In this document: piece by piece, positions 53,415 through 61,377 of the stretch | Numbering within the stretch: position 1 is the stretch's first letter | How the letters are laid out: each line of letters starts with the position of its first letter | Source: Dehalococcoidia bacterium | Lineage (GTDB): Bacteria; Chloroflexota; Dehalococcoidia; UBA2979 | Assembly: GCA_019694855.1 (NCBI GenBank) | Contig: JAIBBD010000005.1 | Span: 1 to 62,576, forward strand | Reading direction: 5' to 3' | DNA length: 62,576 nucleotides | The notes under the pieces: model-generated | Seen by the model: only the letters and a program-made list of their open reading frames with translations | Database searches by the model: none | Told to the model about the DNA's origin: nothing | Program-made: the position numbers and the translations under genes

Positions 53415-54425
53415 ATGACCTTCCTGCCCGGCCCGGGCTCCGCTCGCAGCGCTCCCCTGCTCAGGCGGGGCTCGGTGCTGCGGGGCGCAGTGGGCATCGC
53501 GATCTCAGTTGGCTCGATGTGGCTGCTGCTGCGCGCGGTGGACGGCCAGGCGAGCCTCGACATCCTGCGCGGGGCGGACCGCACGCTCGTGGGGCTGGCG
53601 GTGACCTGCCTGTTCGTGTCGCTGGCGGCGAAGATCGCACGCTGGCGGGCGTTGTTGCCGCCACGAGGTACGTCGTTCCCGCGGCTGTTCGGCATCGTGC
53701 ACATCAGCATGTTCCTCAACAACGTGCTGCCGCTGCGAGTCGGGGACGCGGTGCGCGCGGGGATGACGGTGCGCAGCCAGGGGGTGCGGCTGACGCACGT
53801 CGTGTCGTCGATGGTGGCGGAGCGGGTGCTCGACGCGGCCACGCTGATCGTCTGTTTCCTGCTGGTGACACCGTTCCTGCCGTACAGCCCGTTGCGCCTC
53901 GACGTCACGCGCTACCTCGTGCCGACGGCCGCGGCCGGCGCCCTCGTGATGCTGGCGGGGGCGGGGCTGCTCGTCCTGCGGCGACGCGCGGAGGGGCTGT
54001 GGAGCCGCCTCGGTCCGGTGCTCTCGGCCGTGGGGGACAGCTGGCGGCGCGTGCTGTCGACCGAGGGCTGGACGATCTGGGGGTGGTCGGCGCTGGCGTG
54101 GGCGACGGCGTTCGCGATCAACTTCGTGCTGTTCCGCGCGTTGCACATGGAGGTGTCACCAGCGGTGGCGATCGTGCTGGGATGCAGCACGAACCTGGCG
54201 ATGCTGGTGCCCTCGTCGCCCGCACAGATCGGGGTCTACCACGCGGCGGCGACGTTGACGCTGGTGGCGTTCGGCGTCGACCGCAGCGTGGCCGTGAGCT
54301 TCTCGGTGCTGTCACACCTCGTGAACGTGGTGCCCGTGAGCCTGGTGGGTGCGGCGTTCTTGGTGGCCGAACTGACGGTGCGCCGGCCGCGGCGCGCGGC
54401 GGGCGAGGCCTCGGAGGCCCCCTAG
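53415..54425 (+). CDS. Lysylphosphatidylglycerol-synthase-TM-region-like (flippase-like, UPF0104) membrane protein
   Basis: 336 aa, about 8 TM helices. ...SMWLLLRAVDGQASLDILRGADRTLVGLAVTCLFVSLAAKIARWRALL... is the typical UPF0104 N-terminal pattern. Confidence 0.65.
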   Translation: MTFLPGPGSARSAPLLRRGSVLRGAVGIAISVGSMWLLLRAVDGQASLDILRGADRTLVGLAVTCLFVSLAAKIARWRALLPPRGTSFPRLFGIVHISMFLNNVLPLRVGDAVRAGMTVRSQGVRLTHVVSSMVAERVLDAATLIVCFLLVTPFLPYSPLRLDVTRYLVPTAAAGALVMLAGAGLLVLRRRAEGLWSRLGPVLSAVGDSWRRVLSTEGWTIWGWSALAWATAFAINFVLFRALHMEVSPAVAIVLGCSTNLAMLVPSSPAQIGVYHAAATLTLVAFGVDRSVAVSFSVLSHLVNVVPVSLVGAAFLVAELTVRRPRRAAGEASEAP

Positions 54426-54847
54426 GGATCCGAGCGCAGGCGCCGGTAGGCTCGCAGGTAGCGGCCCAGGCGCTCGACGGCGCGGTCGTCCAGCTCATTC
54501 AGGCGGGTGAGCGTCATGTTGTCCTCGAGGTCCGCGAGCTTCACGCGGCGCGCGAGCGGGTCGCCCGTCACGCGCTCGATGAAGGCCTCGTAGGTCTCGT
54601 CCTCGCGGCGGGTGAGGAAGTCGACCGCGCGCACGACCTCCTCCGGGAAGCCCGCGGCGCGCAGGTCATCGAGGGTGGTCGGGCTGTCCTCGACGACGTC
54701 GTGCAGCACGGCGACCAGGCGCTCGGCGGGCGCCGAGACACGCGCCATCACGCGCAGGGGATGCAGGATGTAAGGCTGGCCCGCTTTGTCGACCTGGCCC
54801 CGATGGGCCTCGACGGCAATGGCGAGCGCGGTGTCGAGATCGCTCAC
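54422..54847 (-). CDS. Stand-alone HD-domain protein, RelA/SpoT-type (p)ppGpp-hydrolase-like (small alarmone hydrolase-like)
   Basis: GTG start. ...AIAVEAHRGQVDKAGQPYILHPLRVMA...VAVLHDVVEDSPTTLDDL...VKLADLEDN.... The H..H..HD..ED pattern of SpoT/Mesh1-type hydrolases is present. Length is 141 aa. Confidence 0.75.
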   Translation of the reverse strand: MSDLDTALAIAVEAHRGQVDKAGQPYILHPLRVMARVSAPAERLVAVLHDVVEDSPTTLDDLRAAGFPEEVVRAVDFLTRREDETYEAFIERVTGDPLARRVKLADLEDNMTLTRLNELDDRAVERLGRYLRAYRRLRSDP

Positions 54848-54860
54848 GGGGCGGGTGGCG

Positions 54861-55082
54861 TCAGCCGCCGATGGGTCCGCCCCTGTCGAGCACGGTGTGG
54901 TCGAGGGCGATGACGGCAGGGCGCTCCTCGCAGTAGACGCCGTCCTCGCACTTGTCGAAGGTGAAGGCGGATCGCTGCTTGTCGTAGTGGATGGTCCAGG
55001 TGCCGATGACGTGGCCCTCGCGGCCCTGCGCCACCTGATCCTGCAGTACCTCGATCAGCGCCTGTAGTTCCTTCGTGCCCAC
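54861..55082 (-). CDS. Hypothetical 73-aa protein immediately upstream of the HD-domain gene
   Basis: GTG start. MGTKELQALIEVLQDQVAQGREGHVIGTWTIHYDKQRSAFTFDKCEDGVYCEERPAVIALDHTVLDRGGPIGG. A 13-nt gap separates it from the downstream gene. No family was recognised. Confidence 0.5.
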   Translation of the reverse strand: MGTKELQALIEVLQDQVAQGREGHVIGTWTIHYDKQRSAFTFDKCEDGVYCEERPAVIALDHTVLDRGGPIGG

Positions 55083-55196
55083 GCGTGGCCCTCCTTCGGC
55101 TCGATCCCGAGTATAGGGGCGAGCGGCCTCGCTGGCGGGCGCGCGCCTCCCCTCTTGGAGCCCCGCTCCCTACAATGGCACCGCGAGGAGGGCAGC

Positions 55197-56270
55197 GTGG
55201 GCGACAAAGCCAGCATTGGCAACTACTTCGAGGACCTCACGGCCGGACTCGAGATCGAGCATGCGGTCCCGCGCACCCTCACGGAGGGCGACGCCGCGAT
55301 GTACATCGCGCTGACGGCGGACCGCTACCCGCTGCACTGCGACGCGGAGTTCGCGCGGAGCCTCGGCTTCCAACGCGAGACGGTGAATGACCTGCTGGTG
55401 TTCCACACGGTCTTCGGGAAGTCCGTGCCGGACATCTCGCTGAACGCGGTCGCGAACCTCGGGTACGCGGACGTGCGCTTCGGCGTGCCGGCGTACCCGG
55501 GCGACACGCTGCGAGCGCACACGACCGTCCTCGGCCAGCGCGAGTCGGCCTCGGGCGGCACGGGCGTCGTCTGGGTCCGCACGGTGGGCCGCAACCAGCA
55601 CGGCGAGGAAGTGCTGTCCTTCATCCGCTGGGTGCTGGTGAACCGACGGCAGCCGGACGTGAGCACGGGCGTGGACGACGCTCCGAAGACGCCCGCCTCG
55701 GTCGCCCCCGAGGACTTCGTCATCCCTGCGCAACTCGACCTGTCGAGGTTCGACCCGATCGTGACGGGCGGCCGCGCGTGGTGGGGCGACTACGAGCCCG
55801 GCGAGCGCATTCACCATGTCGAGGGCGTGGCGATCGAGGAGGCCGAGCACCAGATGGCCGCCCGGCTGTACCAGAACACGGCGCGTGCCCACTTCAACGC
55901 GCATGCGCTCAAGGACACGCGCTTTGGGAAGCGGGTCATCTACGGGGGCCACATCATCTCGATGGCGCGGGCGCTGTCGTTCAACGGGCTCGAGAACGCG
56001 GTGCGCATCCTCGCCTGGAACGGGGGGACGCACAGCAACCCGACGTTCGCGGGGGACACGGTCTTCGCCTGGACGGACGTACTCGAGCGCATCGACCTCG
56101 GCCGGCCAGACGCGGGCGCGCTGCGGCTGCGGCTGGTGGCAGTGAAGAACTGCGACCCGGCGACCGAGGAGCAGCCGTTCAAGGTCGCAGACGACAACGG
56201 ACGGGAGCGCTACCACCCGAACGTTGTGCTCGACCTCGACTACACGGTCCTCATGCCGAAGGCGCGCTGA
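55197..56270 (+). CDS. MaoC-family (double hot-dog) enoyl-CoA hydratase, mesaconyl-CoA-hydratase-like
   Basis: From GTG 55197: VGDKASIGNYFEDLTAGLEIEH...YIALTADRYPLHCDAEFARSLGF...GYADVRFGVPAYPGDTLRAHTTVLG.... Length is about 357 aa. The specific substrate is not established. Confidence 0.7.
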   Translation: MGDKASIGNYFEDLTAGLEIEHAVPRTLTEGDAAMYIALTADRYPLHCDAEFARSLGFQRETVNDLLVFHTVFGKSVPDISLNAVANLGYADVRFGVPAYPGDTLRAHTTVLGQRESASGGTGVVWVRTVGRNQHGEEVLSFIRWVLVNRRQPDVSTGVDDAPKTPASVAPEDFVIPAQLDLSRFDPIVTGGRAWWGDYEPGERIHHVEGVAIEEAEHQMAARLYQNTARAHFNAHALKDTRFGKRVIYGGHIISMARALSFNGLENAVRILAWNGGTHSNPTFAGDTVFAWTDVLERIDLGRPDAGALRLRLVAVKNCDPATEEQPFKVADDNGRERYHPNVVLDLDYTVLMPKAR

Positions 56271-56364
56271 GTGCGCTTCCGGGCGCGGTCCTCGTTCGTC
56301 TCGCTACCTCGCGCGTAGGGACGCCGCGCCGGCGGCCACGCGCGTATCAGGAAGGAACGCCGAC

Positions 56365-58005
56365 ATGTCCACCGACGTCCAGAACGCGCGGCTCCTCGTC
56401 GACAGCGCCCAGCGCGTGGTCGACGCCGCGCTCGCCCACGCCGCAGCCACGACCGAAGGCGGCGCGAAGATCGACGACCACCAGGTCCACACCGAGCGCG
56501 TGACCTACCTCGCAACGCAGGTGCGGGCGGCGCGCGAGCTGACCTCGGCGGCGGAACGCCTCGAGGCCGCGGGCAGGGCCGACTCGCTCATGGCGGCGGA
56601 GGCATTCGTGTACGCGGCCGAGGCGACGCACGCCCTCGGGAGCGCCATCGACGCCGCCTGGGAGGACTTCGGCGTCGGTGAGGCGGTGGCGGCGATCCAG
56701 GCGCAGGCGGTGCGCGACGCGATGCGCGCGGGGCTGTCGGAGGCGCGCATCCGCGAGATTGGGCGCGCGCGGATCGCCTCGGGGGGCGTCAACAACATCG
56801 AGCTGCAGGACGAGGTGGCGAGCCTGACGCGCGACCTCGCGCGCGACTTCGCGAAGAACGAGGTCGCGCCGCGCGCGCAGGAGATCCATCGAAAGGACCT
56901 CCTGGTGCCGGAGGACCTGATCCAGAAGTTCGCTGCACAGGGCTTCTTCGGCTCCTCGATCCCGGAGGAGTACGGCGGGACCGGCATGGGCGACCTCTCG
57001 ATGATCATCATCACGGAGGAGCTCTCGGCCGCCTCGCTGGCCGCGGCCGGGTCGCTGGCGACGCGGCCGGAGATCCTGTCGAAGGCGCTGCTCGCGGGCG
57101 GGACGGACGAGCAGAAGCGGGAGTGGCTGCCGCGCCTCGCGACGGGGCAGACGATCGTCGCGGTGTCGGTGACCGAGCCGGACATCGGGTCGGACAACGC
57201 GGGCGTCCAGACGCGCGCTGAGCCGGCCGAGTACAACGGCCAGCGCGGCTGGCGGATCAACGGCGCCAAGGCGTGGTGCACGTTCTCAGGGCGCGCGGAC
57301 GTGCTCTCGATGCTGGTGAGGACGGACCCGGACACCTCGAAGGGCGCCCGCGGGCTGTCGTTGCTGATCGTGCCGAAGGCGCCGTACTACGGCCACGAGT
57401 GGAAGCACGAGCAGGCGGAGGGCGGGACGATCAGCGGGACCGCGAACCCGACGCCCGGGTATCGGGGGATGCACTCGTTCACGCTCGCCATCGACAACTA
57501 CTGGGTGTCGCACGACAACCTCGTGGGTGGGGACGCGGGCATCGGCCAGGGCTTCTTCCTGCAGATGGGCGGGTTCGCGGCGGGGCGCCTGCAGACCGGG
57601 GGCCGAGCGACCGGCGTGTCGCAGGCGGCGCTCGAGAAGGCGTGCCAGTACGTGGCGCAGCGGCAGCAGTTCGGGTTGCCGCTCGCGGAGTACCAGCTGA
57701 CCCAGTACCGCATCGGGCGGATGTCGGCGCTCATCAGCGCCGGGCGGCAGCTGACGTATGCGGCGGCGCGCAACTTCGACAGCCGGGGGGTGGAGGCGCC
57801 GATGGCCAAGCTCCTCGCGTGCGACGTTGCCGTCGAGGTGACACAGTCGGCGCAGCAGCTGCACGGTGGCTGGGGCTACTCGGAAGAGGACCCGATCGCG
57901 CGGTATGTCGTGGACGCGCTGGTGCTGCCGATCTTCGAGGGCGTGAAGCCCATCCTCGAGCTGAAGGTGATCGGCCGGCAGCTGCTGGCGCAGGCGGCGA
58001 AGTAG
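56365..58005 (+). CDS. Acyl-CoA dehydrogenase with ~170-aa helical N-terminal extension
   Basis: From ATG 56365. The core reads ...FAKNEVAPRAQEIHRKDLLVPEDLIQKFAAQGFFGSSIPEEYGGTGM...VAVSVTEPDIGSDNAGVQTRA...QLHGGWGYSEEDPIARYVVDALVLPIFEG.... Confidence 0.85.
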   Translation: MSTDVQNARLLVDSAQRVVDAALAHAAATTEGGAKIDDHQVHTERVTYLATQVRAARELTSAAERLEAAGRADSLMAAEAFVYAAEATHALGSAIDAAWEDFGVGEAVAAIQAQAVRDAMRAGLSEARIREIGRARIASGGVNNIELQDEVASLTRDLARDFAKNEVAPRAQEIHRKDLLVPEDLIQKFAAQGFFGSSIPEEYGGTGMGDLSMIIITEELSAASLAAAGSLATRPEILSKALLAGGTDEQKREWLPRLATGQTIVAVSVTEPDIGSDNAGVQTRAEPAEYNGQRGWRINGAKAWCTFSGRADVLSMLVRTDPDTSKGARGLSLLIVPKAPYYGHEWKHEQAEGGTISGTANPTPGYRGMHSFTLAIDNYWVSHDNLVGGDAGIGQGFFLQMGGFAAGRLQTGGRATGVSQAALEKACQYVAQRQQFGLPLAEYQLTQYRIGRMSALISAGRQLTYAAARNFDSRGVEAPMAKLLACDVAVEVTQSAQQLHGGWGYSEEDPIARYVVDALVLPIFEGVKPILELKVIGRQLLAQAAK

Positions 58006-58025
58006 TCGGGCGAGCAGGCGCGGCG

Positions 58026-58436
58026 ATGTCGGAAGATGCCGCCGCGCCGAAGCAACGCTGCCTGCTGATCACCTCGGACGAGGCGGGGGAGTCGCACTTC
58101 GGCGACCTCGAGTTGCCGCTTGCGGGCGACTCGTTCGCGCCGCCGGCGCCTCCTCTCTTCACCTCGGGACGGGTCGCGGCGGAGCGGGTGCTGTTCTTCC
58201 ACGCGCCGGTAGGCTGGTTCGGGGACTGGCACCCGACTCCCGCGCGTCAGTTCTTCATCGCGCTCAGTGGTGACCTCGAGGTGCACGTGAGCGATGGCGA
58301 AGTCAGACATGTCCGCGGCGGCGACATCGTGCTGCTCGAGGATCTTTCGGGGCGGGGCCACACGACCCGGGTGGTCGGCGACGAGCCCGCGTGCGCCGCG
58401 GTCGTGCAGCTGGGTGACGCGGAGTTGCCTCTCTGA
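58026..58436 (+). CDS. Cupin-domain protein
   Basis: From ATG 58026: MSEDAAAPKQRCLLITSDEAGESHFGDLELPL...VGWFGDWHPTPARQFFIALSGDLEVHVSDGEVRHVRGGDIVLLEDLSGRGHTTRV.... It lies 20 nt after the ACAD stop. Confidence 0.65.
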   Translation: MSEDAAAPKQRCLLITSDEAGESHFGDLELPLAGDSFAPPAPPLFTSGRVAAERVLFFHAPVGWFGDWHPTPARQFFIALSGDLEVHVSDGEVRHVRGGDIVLLEDLSGRGHTTRVVGDEPACAAVVQLGDAELPL

Positions 58437-58768
58437 CGCAGCCAGTACTCGCGGTCCGTGAGGTCGATCCCCCCGCGGAGCAAGTCATCGAGAGCGAGCA
58501 CCAGGCGGCCGACCGTCCTCGCATCTCCGCGGGGGAAGCGGGCATTGGTCGTGTAAATCAGGCCGGGGTGCGCGGCACCGCCCTCGACGGCGATCCTGGC
58601 CTCTCGCTGGTAGTCGCCAATGTTCTCCGTGACTATTACGCGCGTCTCACGCCTTCCGACGGCAAAGACGGCCTCGTCGGAGGCTGTCCGCAAGTCGGTG
58701 CGCTCCACGACGCTCTCGACATCGTGTCCTCGCTGCCGCAGTTGAACCGCAATGGACGGCGAGTACAT
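58247..58768 (-). CDS. DUF5615-like (PIN-like) putative toxin, atypical ends
   Basis: MYSPSIAVQLRQRGHDVESVVERTDLRTASDEAVFAVGRRETRVIVTENIGDYQRE...HPGLIYTT... matches the recollected DUF5615 layout. In-frame upstream codons read SELLLDE (the family N-terminus), but no ATG/GTG/TTG precedes them. The last ~60 aa lie antisense to the cupin gene and look like read-through text. Confidence 0.5.
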   Translation of the reverse strand: MYSPSIAVQLRQRGHDVESVVERTDLRTASDEAVFAVGRRETRVIVTENIGDYQREARIAVEGGAAHPGLIYTTNARFPRGDARTVGRLVLALDDLLRGGIDLTDREYWLRQRGNSASPSCTTAAHAGSSPTTRVVWPRPERSSSSTMSPPRTCLTSPSLTCTSRSPLSAMKN

Positions 58769-58784
58769 TTCGTCGAGGAGGAGT

Positions 58785-59084
58785 TCACTCCTCAGCGGTG
58801 GCCTGCTGCCGCAACCACTCTTCGAACGCTCGTTCCGTATCAGCGTTCATCCGATCGATCCACGCGTCGATCTCATGGGGATAGTCGGCGTAGTAGCGCA
58901 GGGCACGCTCGATCTCGAACGCCGGGACTGAGGCGATTTCCGCCAGCCGCGGGATGGCCTCGGGCTCTGGCACTCCCAGATCGTGCCAGGCACGGACGAT
59001 CTCCCAGACGTCTGGCCCCGCGGCGAGCGCTGGCCGGCGGCCCGCCGGCCCTGGCTTGAATACGATGCCGCGATGTGCCTCCAT
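58785..59084 (-). CDS. DUF433-like putative antitoxin
   Basis: MEAHRGIVFKPGPAGRRPALAAGPDVWEIVRAWHDLGVPEPEAIPRLAEIASVPAFEIERALRYYADYPHEIDAWI.... This resembles the DUF433 pattern (G.P.I.GT...V..I......G......I......L....I..AL.YY). It sits directly upstream of the DUF5615-like gene. Confidence 0.55.
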   Translation of the reverse strand: MEAHRGIVFKPGPAGRRPALAAGPDVWEIVRAWHDLGVPEPEAIPRLAEIASVPAFEIERALRYYADYPHEIDAWIDRMNADTERAFEEWLRQQATAEE

Positions 59085-59213
59085 ACGCAGCGCCTCTTCG
59101 ATGAAGGTCCGTGCCAGCTCGGAGCGCTATACGTGCTCACGCTTGCTCTCTTCGTCGAGGCGCTGGAGGGTGGCCCTGGGGATTCGGATCGAGACCTGAT
59201 CGGTGGTCGTGAT
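59085..59213 (-). pseudogene. Ribbon-helix-helix (CopG-like) segment in frame with the DUF433-like ORF but cut by TAG 59127-59129 and lacking a canonical start
   Basis: The reverse strand, in the same frame as 58785..59084, reads ITTTDQVSIRIPRATLQRLDEESKREHV-TAG-RSELARTFIEEALR-MEAHRG.... It fits the RHH pattern (beta strand VSIRIP, then ...L..LD..., then SRSEL.R..I...L). No ATG/GTG/TTG lies between the upstream TGA (59232-59234) and this text. Confidence 0.45.
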
Positions 59214-59248
59214 TCCTCCGTCACCAGCGTATCAGCGCGTGGGCGCCC

Positions 59249-59608
59249 TCAGCCGAGCACCTCGGTCTCGCTGTCGGCGCGCATGACGGTGAGGTGTGAC
59301 ATCGGCGAGCCACTGTCGCCAGCACCGTGCCAGTGGGCCTCGCCGGCCGGGATCAGGGCTACGTCGCCCGTCGAGATGAGCTGCTCGCCCTCGGCGGTGC
59401 CGACCTTTCCGATGCCGGCGACCACGTAGAGCAGCTGGTCACTCGTGTGGGTGTGCATCCGCGTGCGTCCGCCGACCGCGAACTGCACGATCGAGGCGGT
59501 CAGGTGCCCCTCGCCCTCGACGAGCCCGCGGCCCCACACCTGTCCCTCGAAGATGGGCTGCCCCGTGCGTTCCTGGGATGTGCCCTCAGACGCTTTGATC
59601 ACTCGCAT
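59249..59608 (-). CDS. Cupin-domain protein
   Basis: From ATG 59606-59608, preceded by GAGGAGGA: MRVIKASEGTSQERTGQPIFEGQVWGRGLVEGEGHLTASIVQFAVGGRTRMHTHTSDQLLYVVAGIGKVGTAEGEQLISTGDVALIPAGEAHWHGA.... The G.H.H...Q and P...H.H cupin motifs are present. Confidence 0.8.
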   Translation of the reverse strand: MRVIKASEGTSQERTGQPIFEGQVWGRGLVEGEGHLTASIVQFAVGGRTRMHTHTSDQLLYVVAGIGKVGTAEGEQLISTGDVALIPAGEAHWHGAGDSGSPMSHLTVMRADSETEVLG

Positions 59609-59847
59609 CGGTTCCTCCTCACGCTGACTGTCAGGGTTGCTCGAGAGTCCCCTCTCGAAGCGGGCCGGGAGACTTGTCGAGCGTATCCGATCGCCGTCGC
59701 GATGCGCCGTTGGGCAATCGATCCTCGCTCCGGTGATTCCCGCGTGGTCCCCGCCGCGGGCGTGCCGTACTACATCCGGCGCGAATGCGCGGCTATAGTG
59801 CACGCCACCCGAGGGCCGCTGGCTCGAGGTCGCGGAGAGGCGCGGAC

Positions 59848-60246
59848 ATGCAACCAACCCACCAGGACGACAGTCAGCCGTACCACCTCGTGGTCGGCGA
59901 TGTGACCGGCAGTGACCGGGCGCCCAGCTTTCGCGATCCCGCGCTCGGCAGGGTGCAGGTACGGATCGATGGAGAGCTTGCCGGGCACCCACACGCGCAC
60001 GAGCTGGTATCCGGCCTCGCGGAGCAGCTCGCGGGGCACGCGGCGGCCGGCGGCACGGCGCTGCACTTCGAAGTCGACGACGAGGCGTTACGGGGCGGCG
60101 CGAGCGTCCGGGAGGCGGCGCGACTGGCCTCTGACCCGTTCCGCCGGGCCGAGGCAGCGGCCGTCGAGCACCTTCAGAGCTGGCTGTCCGCGCGCGGCCC
60201 TGTTGCACGCCCGACGGGTGAGGCGAAGACCGAGGACGCGGAATGA
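59848..60246 (+). CDS. Hypothetical 132-aa protein, translationally coupled to the next gene
   Basis: From ATG 59848: MQPTHQDDSQPYHLVVGDVTGSDRAPSFRDPALGRVQVRIDGELAGHPHAHELVSGLAEQLAGHAAAGGTALHFEVDDEALRGG.... The stop overlaps the next start (ATGA, 60243-60246). No family was recognised. Confidence 0.5.
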   Translation: MQPTHQDDSQPYHLVVGDVTGSDRAPSFRDPALGRVQVRIDGELAGHPHAHELVSGLAEQLAGHAAAGGTALHFEVDDEALRGGASVREAARLASDPFRRAEAAAVEHLQSWLSARGPVARPTGEAKTEDAE

Positions 60247-61253
60247 GCTGGGTGATTGCCTTCACGGACCCCGGCAGCGTGTATCCGGTCATCGACCCTC
60301 GTCGCTTCGGAGGCGACCGTCCGTTGATGTTCGGGTACGGGTTCGCGCAGGACCTCGTCCGCGTGGACCTCAGGGAGAACCCGAACATCACGAACTGTCA
60401 GATGCTCGTCGACCTCGAGGTCCGTCCGAGTGTCGCCCTTCCCAAGAACATCCAGGCCTGGAACTACGCCAGCGGCACCGTCAGTTCGATTCACGCCGGG
60501 GGCGCGATGCTGCTGAATCGAGCGGACGGCCCAGTCGGGACGCATACCCTCCTGCTGAACGGCCTCTACTCGTTCCGGTCGAGCGAATTGTGGGACCTCT
60601 GGGGCGGCTACACGGTCACCTTCCGCTGGATCAGGGATGTCGGATTCAACGGCCAGTGGGGTTCGCAGACGTCGGCGCCAACCTACTCGACAGCGGATGA
60701 TGGCTTGCTGATCCGGGGTAGCAGGCACCCCGAGCGCGTCTTCGTCATGTTCGGCAGGGCGAAGTTCCGCATCGACGCGCGGAACGCGCTCGGCTTCGAC
60801 GTGAACAGCGCTCGTATCGTCGACCAGGAGACGGTCGATAGCCTCACGTCGATGCCCGCGGACTACACCGTGCTGCGCGACCGTGCCTATCCCACGTACT
60901 TTGTCTGCTTTGGCGGCGCTCGCTTTCCGTTCAGGCCCGGCGATCCGCTGCTCAACAGCAACTTCCCGGTGGGCCTCGACCTGCACCTCGGGTTTACGGA
61001 CGTGCGCATCCAGGCCGCCGCCAAGACCGTCCCGGACGGCGCCTCGAACTCGATCCCTCGCGTCCCACGCGACGGCACGTTGCTCCGCGATGCCGGCGAC
61101 CCGGCATCGAACGTGTACCTCGTGCAGGGGGGCCTGCTGCGCCGCGTCGCCTCGCCGGCCGCGTTCGCGGCGAACTGCCTCGCCACGAGGAACATTCGCA
61201 CGGTGCCGGCCGGCTCGCTGACGTCGCTCCCGCACGGCGCGGATCTCACCTAG
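60243..61253 (+). CDS. Hypothetical 336-aa protein: novel N-terminal beta-rich domain plus three ~55-70-aa C-terminal repeats
   Basis: No signal peptide is evident. The three repeats are GLLIRGSRHPERVFVMFGRAKFRIDARNALGFDVNSARIVDQETVDSLTSMP, TVLRDRAYPTYFVCFGGARFPFRPGDPLLNSNF...VPRDG and TLLRDAGDPASNVYLVQGGLLRRVASPAAFAANCLATRNIRTVPAGSLTSLPHG. G+C is lower than in the core genes. Confidence 0.6.
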   Translation: MSWVIAFTDPGSVYPVIDPRRFGGDRPLMFGYGFAQDLVRVDLRENPNITNCQMLVDLEVRPSVALPKNIQAWNYASGTVSSIHAGGAMLLNRADGPVGTHTLLLNGLYSFRSSELWDLWGGYTVTFRWIRDVGFNGQWGSQTSAPTYSTADDGLLIRGSRHPERVFVMFGRAKFRIDARNALGFDVNSARIVDQETVDSLTSMPADYTVLRDRAYPTYFVCFGGARFPFRPGDPLLNSNFPVGLDLHLGFTDVRIQAAAKTVPDGASNSIPRVPRDGTLLRDAGDPASNVYLVQGGLLRRVASPAAFAANCLATRNIRTVPAGSLTSLPHGADLT

Positions 61254-61326
61254 GGGGAAGCTGATAGCGCACGGACTCCCATTCGAGGGCTCCGCGTGGC
61301 TTACGTCGGACCACGCTCACCGAGAT

Positions 61327-61355
61327 TAAGGACGGTCACGCCGTCGTGTTATAGT
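61327..61355 (+). promoter_or_regulatory. Putative sigma70-type promoter for the DUF4236-TPR gene
   Basis: TTAAGG (61327-61332), a 17-bp spacer, then TATAGT (61350-61355). It lies about 23 bp upstream of the GGGAGGAG SD and ATG 61378. Confidence 0.3.
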
Positions 61356-61377
61356 CCGGCTCACGGGAGGAGTTCGT

